Part shown: positions 1 to 9,831 of the stretch, in pieces | Layout: the number at the start of each line of letters is the position of its first letter | Position numbering within the stretch: position 1 is the first letter of the stretch | NCBI RefSeq assembly: GCF_021028975.2 | Contig: NC_059431.1 | Coordinates: forward strand, 36,208,001 to 36,272,000 | Length of the DNA stretch: 64,000 bases | Source: Sphaerodactylus townsendi | Lineage: Eukaryota | Direction of reading: 5' to 3' | Translations under genes and position numbers: made by a program | The notes under the pieces: model-generated | Seen by the model: only the letters and a program-made list of their open reading frames with translations | Told to the model about the DNA's origin: nothing | Database searches by the model: none

Positions 1-165
1 ACTAATGGCGACCCCAGCAAGAGACTTTCAAAGCAAGTGAGAAGCCGAGGTGGTTTGCCGTTGCCTTCCTCTGCAGAGGTTTCTTTGGTAATCTCCCATC
101 CAAGTATTGACCCTGCTTAGTTTCCAAGATCTAATGCGATCAGGTGATACTATGCTGCCTTCCAT
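1..165 (-). mobile_element. 5S-rRNA-derived SINE fragment
   Basis: tctcccatccaagtattgaccctgcttag...aagatctaatgcgatcagg is the reverse complement of a degenerate 5S internal control region. The body resembles the copy at 21990. Confidence 0.65.
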
Positions 166-814
166 CTCAAAATCTCATCCATAAGTATAATATCTTGGGG
201 GAAACCCTGCAAAGCAGAGCATAAACAATAACATTATGGCTGTTGCATGGATTCCATTACTTGTGCAAATATCAGTGGTACCTTGTGAATGAAACAGAGG
301 GCTTTGCTACATTCTAGTTGAATTGTGGTCTGCAGTGATACAATGTCGGATAGGCATATTATGCATACAGATAGCATATTATGCATACAGTCTTCACACG
401 CTGACGTGCAAATGTTCTGAATATTCTTTCAGCTAGCTTCCCCTTTCTCTTTAGTTTCATTGTTATTCTGTAGTACAACCTTTATATAAAGAGTAAAATT
501 CCATCTAAAATAAAAAACAGAATGAATGAGAACTATGAAGGAAACACCCTCCACCACCCATGCACAAAAGCTACAGATTTTAAATGATAAACTCTGTTGG
601 ATGGTACTTACTGTTTGCTCTTGCTGGGCTAAATAAGATGCAGGATACACTGAACACAGGAAAGAACATCTTGAGAAACAGGTACATTTCTCCTCCAGAA
701 TTGCTCTTCAACTTGTGTTGCCTGGACTGGAAGAGCAGGTAGAAAGAACAGGCTTAAAAAGGAACTGCCCCTGACCACCTAAGCAAGGATGCAACAAACT
801 GCAATTCCACTTGT

Positions 815-890
815 CATTATATCATTATTATATCATTATATCATTATATCATTATATTATCATTTGTCATTATATCATTATTATTATTAT
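815..890. repeat. (TCATTATA)n-type microsatellite
   Basis: Visible imperfect tandem array. Confidence 0.85.
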
Positions 891-1257
891 GACTATTAGC
901 TAAAAGGAACAGGAGATTTGGACCTAACCCCACGACTGAAAAACCATCCCAAAGTACAGTCAAAAGGTAATCAAGGGGTTTTAATTTTTCCTTTCTGGCT
1001 GATCTACAAATCATCAACCCTAACACTCAGACACCTCTGCTAATTTATTTTCCTTTGCCAGTTGGATGAATGACATAATGGTTGTTAAGTGAAAAAGGTC
1101 ACTGTGGTTTGCTGTCTTTGCTGATATTTTTCCTTAAAAGCACTTAAAAAATTATTGAAACACATTAGCCATATAATGGGTACAGATGTCTTTGCTGTGG
1201 TTCAGAAATCTTAGCTGCTGGGATAACCCAAACTTGCTGCTTAACCCAAACTTGTTA

Positions 1258-1405
1258 GACCTTGGAAAGTTAAGCTCATGGTTTATACTTGGTTGGGAGA
1301 CCGCCAAATAAGACTGGAGTTGCTATGCAGAGGGAGCCAATAGCAAATTACCTCTGCTTCTCTCTTGCCTGGGATGCCCTGAGATTGAGATCACTATGAG
1401 TGAGT
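1258..1405 (+). mobile_element. Degenerate 5S-derived SINE
   Basis: cttggaaagttaagc...tacttggttgggagaccgcc followed by the gcaaattacctctg...cttgcctgg body. Confidence 0.5.
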
Positions 1406-2048
1406 CATCCTTCCCTCCTCCTCCTCCTCCTCCTCCTTTTTCTTCTTGCTTTTTCTTCTGTTTCTCCTCCTCAGTTTTCTTGGGGGTGGCCGACCTCAAC
1501 ATTTGAACCTAAGTTAATGACATCATTATTTTGAAATGTCCAGAGCTCTATCTTCAGTGCGTAATGTTTTTATTGTTCATCTCATTGATCATTACAAGGA
1601 TGTTGAATTAAATCAACTTGTCCACCCATGACACCACCCATGATGCTACATATCTACATGTCTAAGCAGCATTTTAAGAGAAATCTTCCTGGTATCAGAC
1701 ACAATAATCTTCATTACACACCACACTGAGGCTGAATTGGAATTACGCTATACCTTGTAAAATACTATAACCATCATATAAGAATTAAAAGCTAGATAAT
1801 ATAATTAAAATACTACAAAGCAATGAGAAATCACATGAAAACCTCCACGGCTTTGCTAACTGCATGTATATTTCTTGGTTAATAAAACATTTTTTATTTC
1901 TCTTTCACTGTTGCAGTACTTCCAATAGTTTTTACCTGACATTTTTATCTGAACTTCTTGACTAAGAACTGAAACAATTTTCAAATACAGCACTTCATCC
2001 CTAACACCACAAAAATTCTCAAATATTATCAATTATATATAAGTTTGT

Positions 2049-2147
2049 ATGGGGTGCTGTGTGGTTTCCGGGCTGTATGGCCGTGTTCTAGCAGCATTCT
2101 CTCCTGACGTTTTGCCTGCATCTGTGGTTGGCATCTTCAGAGGATCA
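2049..2147 (-). mobile_element. Penelope-like element fragment with hammerhead motif
   Basis: Flanked by the 15-bp direct repeat tatatataagtttgt (2034-2048 / 2148-2162). Nearly identical to the 35424-35510 region. Minimal hammerhead-like core on the minus strand. Confidence 0.75.
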
Positions 2148-2305
2148 TATATATAAGTTTGTTCGTTTGTATTATACTATTTTATTGCATGTACTACCCT
2201 TAATATTGTAATCCTGTTCTACTGCTTTCTTGGCTATTCATATTATACTGCTCTGATTGCTATTTTAATTATGTATTCTACCATGATAATCAGGGAGCTG
2301 TAGCA

Positions 2306-2625
2306 CAGAGGCGTATGGGGGCCATATGGTGCCCAGAGGCAAACCCTCCCTCTGGGCGCCCCCCCCATGCAGAGCACCACTTACTCGTGAGTTAGCCCTG
2401 CTTACTCACGAGTCAGGTTCCAGCCACTCTTCCCGACCCAGCAGCCGCAGTGTGACTTTCTCTCGTGCCCTGGCTGCTGGGCCGGGAAGAGGGGCTGGGG
2501 AGCCTGACTTGCGAGTAAGTGAGGCTTACTCATGAGCAAGTGCTTACTTTAAAAAGCACTTACTTGTGAGTAAGAGCCAGGGTCAGCCCCTCTTCCCAGC
2601 AGCCTCGTGCCTGCGCAAGCCGCTG
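2306..2625. mobile_element. hAT-type non-autonomous DNA transposon
   Basis: CAG...CTG ends (cagaggcgt / aagccgctg). 8-bp TSD ctgtagca / ctgtagcc. Confidence 0.7.
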
Positions 2626-2757
2626 CTGTAGCCTGATAGATACATCAACTGAAACTAAAATCTGAAGCACTCAATCAAATTGAAATTGTAGTTTACCTCA
2701 AACCTGAGAAAGAACATTTAGAATCATAGACTCAGAAGGGGCCATATAAGCCATCTA

Positions 2758-2960
2758 GGGAGCAGCAGTGGCGTAGGAGGTTAAGAGCTCATGTATCTAA
2801 TCTGGAGGAATCGGGTTTGATTCCCCGCTCTGCCGCCTGAGCTGTGGAGGCTTATCTGGGGAATTCAGATTAGCCTGTACACTCCCACACACACCAGCTG
2901 GGTGACCTTGGGCAGGAGAGAAAGGGGGGATATAAATCCAAACTCCTCTTCTTCTTCTTC
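2758..2960 (+). mobile_element. tRNA/CORE SINE (Squam3-like), internally deleted, (CTT)n tail
   Basis: A/B-box-like head agtggcgtaggaggtt...ggtttgattcc. Matches copies at 3225, 13909, 52469 and 56972. Confidence 0.8.
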
Positions 2961-3119
2961 TAGTCCAACCCCCTGCTCAAGGCAGGATCAGCCTAAAGCA
3001 TCCTGACAACTATTCATCTAGCCGCTGCTTGAAGACAGCTAGTGAGGAAGAGCTCATCATCTCCCTAGGCAGCCACTTCTACTGCTAAACTACTTCTACT
3101 GTGAACATTTATTTCCTAA

Positions 3120-3509
3120 CTAGCGGGGCCCAGCCACGCATTGCTGTGGCAATTGTCCTTCTCATCACAGTCCGCAACCCACACAGATGTCTATGCAAGT
3201 CAAGTGATCCCAGCATAGCCTTTTGGGAGCAGCAGTGGCGTAGTGACTAAGAGCAGGTGCACTCTGATCTGGAGGAACCGGATTTGATTCCCAGTTCTGC
3301 AGCTTGAGTTGTGGAGGCTTATCTGGGGAATTCAGATTAGCCTGTGCACTCCCACACACACCAGCTGTGTGACCTTGGGCTGGTCACAGCTTCTCTGAGC
3401 TCTCAGCCCCACCCACCTCACAGGGTGTTTGTTGTGAGGGGTGAAGGGCAAGGAGGTTGTAAGCCCCTTTGAGTCTCCTGCAGGAGAGAAAGGGGGGATA
3501 TAAATCCAA

Positions 3510-3563
<54 letters not shown>

Positions 3564-4471
3564 TTTGGGGTGGTCAAATGGAATCCCTCTTTCCCTTTTC
3601 AATTCACGTTATTATATGGGGCTGTTTTGGTTTTTAGTATAAGGTAACCCTTTCCATTCCACAACAGAACTGTCCAGAGTGCGAATCCCGCTGTCCATGA
3701 GGCTGGTTGACACGCACAGTCCTGGCTTGGGTAAGGCAGAACTGGGGCAAGAAGGCTATCCCAGTCAGGCAGCAGAGGCAGGGTGGTGAGGCGCTCAGAT
3801 CGAGGCCAGCCTTCTGGGTTCTTAAAGGGCCACATGCAACAGAAGTGGAGCCAGTAATGTTGGTTCGCCCCCACGCCATGGATTTTCTTAGAAGAAAAAG
3901 GCAAACTCCAGCTTGCTTTTAGTAAAAGAGAGCTGTGGCGAATATGGGTGAGGAAGTGGGTAAGTAAGTGGTGGTTGGATGTGAGGGAGGGCAGAGTGCG
4001 GTGTGTGAGGATGAGCTGGATGTGTATTGTGTGGTAGCACTGGGTGAGGCACAGTGCGTGAAAGTTACCTGCGTGTGAGGGGGGGAACCCCACCTGACGT
4101 CTCACACGGCAAAGTGTGTATGTGTTTCACTTCCACTCGTATTACCTAACAGTATTACCTATTCACTGTTTTCACTGCTCATCTCTGGCCATCTCTGCGA
4201 ACATTCTAAGGGCATACCAACCCCTCAGGCCACAGACAGGCTGCACGAACATTCTAAGGGTGACAGTTAAACAGAGCCAGCTTCATGGCCTGGTGCGCCA
4301 GGAAAAAGACGTTTTACCTGACTCAGGTATGGACTTTTGGCAATTTGAAGGTCTGGTTACCTGCCCACAACAGGGAGGGATGTCATGTGAAAATTTGGGG
4401 GCAATCCGTCCAGCTGTTTCAGCGTTAGGGCAAGACCAACAAACGAATGGTTAGCTTTTTATATATATAGA
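3120..4471 (-). mobile_element. Non-autonomous Helitron A
   Basis: Minus strand: A|TCTATATATATAAAAAGCTAACC ... GCCACAGCAATGCGTGGC (hairpin) TGGGCCCCGCTAG|T. No TSD; the empty site restores CR1 ttcctaA|Tatccagcc. Confidence 0.88.
3225..3561 (+). mobile_element. Full-length tRNA/CORE SINE (Squam3-like) with (CTA)n tail, nested in Helitron A
   Basis: Same family as 2758. Direct repeat cttttggg at both ends. Confidence 0.85.
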
Positions 4472-4771
4472 TATCCAGCCAGTACCTTGCCACCCATAAT
4501 GTAAACTGATATTGCAACTCCTATCTTCTGCTGCCAACAAGGACAGCTCCCTGCCCTCATCTGACAGCCTTAAGAGAGCAATCATGTTCCCTTTTAGCCC
4601 CCTCTTCTCCAGAATGAACATTCCCAAGTCCTTCAGCTTTTCCTCATATGTTTTGGTCTCTAGGTCTCTGATCATCCTTGTGGCTGTCTTCTGTACCCGC
4701 TCTATTCTGTCCTCATCCTACTTGATATGAGTCCTCCAGAATAATACATAGTGCTCCAAGGGTGGTCTGAG

Positions 4772-5506
4772 TGATAGCGGAGCCAGGAGAGAATCCCGCT
4801 CCTGGACTATGTCTGAATTAAAACGATTGGAGGATTTATTCCGTTTTGTATTTATTTAGGTAGAAACTGGTTTGTATTAGGTAGAAATAGGATTTGTAAG
4901 TTTCCCTGTATTTGTGATTGTATGGAACCTCCTTGGCCCAAGGCAGAGAGCCATCTCTGCCCCACCCGGACCCTTCCCATTCACGTGTAAAAGTCTCCTG
5001 ATGCACGCGGACAAAGGGAAAACCTCGGTCGAAGCGCCTTGCCCTGCCTAATCCCGTCAGCAGGCAGATAAGGGGACTCACGTCATCGCTCTTTGCTTCC
5101 TGACCCCGGACACCTGGAGAAAACCTTTGTGTGTCCCCCGTCAGTGGACACGTCATCGCCTCGCCCTGCTCTGGCGCGAAACTTGAGAAGGGGATGCCTA
5201 TCGGACACTGATTGGTTCCTGCATGTTGCAAATGAATGATTGGTTGTTTTGAATTTTGTTAATGAATGGTGGTGGGCTGTCTTTGGTTCTCCCGGGCCCC
5301 GACGGGAGAAAGTGTACTTAAGGGGTTGCAAGGCTGCTAGGCAGCGCAGTGTTTGTGCGGAAGGGAGGTGCTGACACTTAGGTCAGCATCTCAATAAATC
5401 ACTTTTATTTATCCAAGCCTTGTCGGGTCTTGCTTGGGTTCCTGGGCGCTGCCGAGAGCGGGATACCTCTGGAACGGAAAGTGTTATCCTGAGCAGCGCG
5501 ATAACA
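4772..5506 (+). mobile_element. Solo LTR (Gypsy or ERV1-type, 4-bp TSD)
   Basis: TG...CA ends (tgatagcg / cgataaca), TSD tgag at 4768-4771 and 5507-5510, AATAAA at 5393-5398, CpG-rich. Confidence 0.8.
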
Positions 5507-6991
5507 TGAGGAATATGGTGTACAGTGTAACTATGATGTTACCAGACAGACCTGTGGTAGGATGGGGGGTGGGGTGGAGTGCTGTTTTCAGACAGTACTC
5601 TACCCATCCCCTCTAGAGGTGCTATGCACAGTACAGGCTAAGATGGGTGCCATAACCTGGACCTGGACTCTGGTGCTATTACGAAGGAACTGACTGGGCA
5701 AGTCCCTCAATCTCTCATTAGTATGTATACCTGCCAAGGACACCTTTCCTGCAGTCTCAGTAGCACTATTTAGAATACAATAGCCACAGCCATGGGAAAG
5801 GGCAACAGCCCTGAAACCAACACACTTGCTGTCTAGTTAACAAAAGATATGCTAAACCTAATACAATCAGTTCTTCCTGCCAGCTATTCTTACCTCACTA
5901 ATCCTATCACACCCTTCCTGCCCTGCTCCCAGGAACCACTCATCCTTGCTTTGAATTGGAATACCTCCGGAGTTGTGATTTCATCAACTCCATCGAAAAT
6001 CTAATCAACTGCTGGACACTCCCTGACTTTGACTCATCAAGCCTCTGTCCACTGCATTGTTCTCCTCAGAGTATAGCTGCTTGTGACTCTCTTTATACAG
6101 ACTTGCAGATTTGGTGAATATTGGGTCAGAGGGTCAAATTTTGCTGGTCCCCAAATGAAGAAAAAAATGGTAACCAATAAAATACGAAAAAGGGAACAGC
6201 ATATTTTTAATTATTTCCCTTTTGTCTTCTTCCAGAGTACTGATAGGCGTAGGAGGGATGCTAAAAGATTTTTCCTTATGTGAGTAATGAATGGCATTAA
6301 AGTAGTAAGTGAAAACACTTAGGTGGTTTGTTGCATTGAGGAAGTTACTAGATCTTTCTTTTCCAGGAGAATTTTTTTTAAAAAACCAAGTTTTTGGTAA
6401 TGCATTAGGATACAGCAGCCTTTGCTATGGTTTTGAACATATCATTTCCAATAAAAAAGCTAATTCTTATTAAGGAAATGAAGTTATTCTTTTGCAATGC
6501 TTAGAGCGCTTTCTCCATGCACAAAGTGCTTTGTTATTAAACTAATTGAATCTCAGGAAAACATTAAGTGAAAATTATATCTAAATATTCTGAGAGCTTT
6601 GTGGCTCAGCTGGGACTTGCAGTTAGATCTTCCCGTTTAACTACATTTCCACTACATCAGAACTCAGGCCTGTCACAATTCCTTGTCTGAGTTTCTACTG
6701 CTGGGATACAAGGATATGAAGTAACTTCTTGGAGGAGTTTGACCTACCATTTAACCTTTATTCTTTGTGGTTTAGTACATAAAGATTCCCCACCACCCAA
6801 GGAGAAGTAAACGTTCCTGGGTCCAATTAGCTGGACAGCTATTATCCAGCAACAATAATCCCCAACGGAGAAATGCATGTTACTTTGGAGGGTTGGACTG
6901 TAGAAAACTTTCTTCTTCAATTAAAAAAGAAATCTTTCTTGACAGAGAACAGATCGGGGGAGGCAGGGGTAGCATGACAATTGCTCTAGAG

Positions 6992-7151
6992 CCGTGGTGG
7001 CGAACCTTTGGCACTCCAGATGTTATGGACTACAATTCCCATCAGCCCCTGTTATGGGCTACAATTCCCATCAGCCCCTTCCAGCATGGCCAAGGGGCTG
7101 ATGGGAATTGTAGTTCATAACATCTGGAGTGCCAAAGGTTCGCCACCACTG
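6992..7151. mobile_element. Palindromic hAT-Charlie-type MITE
   Basis: Long inverted arms and perfect 8-bp TSD ctctagag. Internal tandem duplication of tgttatggactacaattcccatcagcccc. Confidence 0.88.
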
Positions 7152-9344
7152 CTCTAGAGCCTCACCCAACCATGCTTTAGAAATGCTAATGCAGACTTTT
7201 AGAACAGGAATATCATATCTTGTTGGGGCAAGCAAATAAATCATGCTCACCCCTCTCTGTCAGAATAATACTGGAACAGGAGCACATAGCCAAATATCTT
7301 GAACTATTAACTGAACCCCACAGAGATGGATTATCACAAGGGCCAGATCCAATACCTTCCCATCGGCCATTACAAAGGGTCGTTACTTATCCATCCCTCT
7401 CCAGGATCGGGTTTGTCCACACTGTAAAAATCAAGTGGAGACTCTTGCTCACATTATTCTTGACTGTCCGAGATATGTGGGCATTAGGAATTTCTCTCCC
7501 AGGCTGGCCCTAGACAAATCTGAAAGAGACTCTGACAGTTCTGTTGTGGAGCTTCTGTGACAGAACTTTCTAAGTAATGTATACTGCTATATACAGTCTT
7601 CCTGTCTGCGTTTTGAATGTACTCTTGATTTGTATTTCAAAAATGTCTGGCAACGCTCTAGAACCTATGTTAAATGCCAAATAAAGGTGGTGGTTGTTGT
7701 AAATGCTAATAGCAAGCTTGACCAGATATTGTGAAATAACTTATACTTTCAAGATATATTAGTCTAGTGTGTTCATTTGAAGACTTAAGGTCACATGTTC
7801 AAGTAGACTGTTCAGTTAGTTTAGAGTGCTTGCATGAACCTGTTAGAGTTATTCCTTAGATTAAAGCAATTTGATGGAACAAAAACAATCCGCTGCCAAG
7901 AACCAAAAGTTTCAGTGGCCAGATAGTGAGCATCAAAACCCACAATGTACATGTTTCAATAGACTTTTAAGAAGCAGAGCACGTTTCATTTTTTACAATT
8001 GCATAGGTGTTTTTACTATCTCCTGTGAATATGTCCAGTACTTAATGTATTGTTCATCTAAAATATCCAGAAATAACAGACTGAAAATCAATCTGAACAC
8101 AATTCAACAACAACTTTTACAGCTTTATGTCCCTGAGACACAGTGAACAAAATGGCCTAAGTTCTTGTTCCCCACCACTATATGCCTTTGTAAACAAGGT
8201 TTCCTGAGGGTAGCCCTCATTTGTCAAGCAGTAATCACCTTTTATGGCCAGCCAGAATCATAAACTGGTTCATACAATGTTAGCAATTACCCTTTATTTG
8301 TTTCCATTCTTCTTGCCCTCCACTTTGCTTGAAACCTTATTGGAACTTTGCATGTGTACTTGAGATAACTAGTACTTCTTTGCTTGTAAGAGTTTTATTC
8401 TGGTATGTCCCTATTAACTTTTGATATTTTCTTTGTGTAATTGTTTTGCTCCTTGATATGTGTTTCACTATTATTTTAAGTTTGTATTTTAGTACGTCAC
8501 TTTAATACATTAAAAAATTTTTTGGTGTCTTAGAGTTCCTGGTTCAGAGCCTTCGGTGCTCGGATGCTATCATCCTGAACACTGGGTGAGGTTTTCAAGA
8601 GCTTCCACCTCAAGTTTGTAGGCAGGCACTCCATGGCCTGGGGCTCAGACTTACACCACTCAGTCCATTGAGCCCTATGGAGGGCTTTCCGATGGCAAGG
8701 GTTTTTTTGGGGGGGAAGGGGGTTCTACCTCCCTGCATTGGTACAAAGCCCTTTGGAGGCAGTGGAGGCAGCACTGCAGTGGTGTCATCCTTGGCCACCT
8801 TGGGCTGAGAATTGTGCTGCCCATCATATTTTGGGGGAAATGCACACACTGCACCATTAATTGCTGAAAAGGTTGATAAAAAGCATCCTCAAACAATACA
8901 TAATCCACCCTTAGCCTGAGTCATAAAGATAGACAAAGCAATTATCTTCTGTTCATCTGTTTTAGAATAGAAGACAGCATACCTAATGTAGCATTAGATG
9001 TGTCATAAATGGTAGTAATAAAAACACAGTTGGCTAAGAAACATATTTTAGGTCAATTGTGCTTACCGTAATGAATGTCTCACAGTTGTACCCTCATCCT
9101 TCTTGTTCTAAAGCTCAAAATAATGATGGTTTATACTTACTGTTTCCTCCTGCTGTGCTCTCTGACGAGCAAATTACACTGAGCAGAAAGAATATTATCT
9201 TCCCTTTGAGGCCCATATCTCCTCCAGAACTGCATCTCATCTTCTGCTGCAAGGGTCTGCCTGAAAAGAAACTCAATTCTGACTGACAGAGCAAGTATTC
9301 ACTGAAATCTCATTTCATTCTCTATGTCCCCTTCCTTCTAAAGA

Positions 9345-9494
9345 CAGTGGTGTAGTGCCCAGGGGACCAGGTGGGGTGCGACGTCCCAGGTGCGCACCTT
9401 GCAGGTGTGTGGCTATGATGTGGCGGGCGGGGGCATTCTGGGGGTGCAGGATGAATGCGCGCACTGGGCGCAGTTCCCCCTTGCTTTGCCTCTA
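9345..9494. mobile_element. hAT-type MITE
   Basis: cagtggtgtag...ctttgcctcta ends, TSD tctaaaga / cctaaaga. Confidence 0.6.
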
Positions 9495-9703
9495 CCTAAA
9501 GATCCTTGGAATTTTCATGTAAAATAACATGAAACCCAGAGTGAACAGTACCAGATCACCTCAGCCTGTTGAGAGAGAGAGAGAGAGGCAGCAAAAGCTC
9601 TTGAATTTCTGTCATCTGGCTGATCCCAAAGTTTCACATTGACATTCTCAGGAACCATGCTAATCATTCTTTTTGTCACCAGGCTAACGAATAGCAGCAC
9701 ATA

Positions 9704-9831
9704 GGGCACTTTCACGCATGCAGAATAATGCACTTTCAATCCACTTTCAATGCACTTTGCAGCTGGATTTTACTGTGCGAAAATTCTGAAAGTGGATTGA
9801 AAGTGCATTATTTTGCATGTGCAAAATGCCC
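9704..9831. mobile_element. Palindromic MITE (Harbinger-like ends)
   Basis: gggcactttcacgcatgcagaataatgcactttcaatccactttca pairs with tgaaagtggattgaaagtgcattattttgcatgtgcaaaatgccc. Confidence 0.75.

Larger units (their letters stand above)
2719..5540 (-). mobile_element. CR1 LINE 3' fragment split by three later insertions (SINE, Helitron, solo LTR)
   Basis: tagaatcataga CR1 tail at 2719. CR1 RT C-terminal peptide MIRDLETKTYEEKLKDLGMFILEKRGLKG at 4451-4675. The sequence rejoins across each insertion. Confidence 0.8.

Noticed and set aside
3332-4105. Poly-Val/poly-Ser ORFs and a 168-aa ORF
   Set aside because: SINE (CTA)n tail and Helitron interior; no Rep or helicase motifs.
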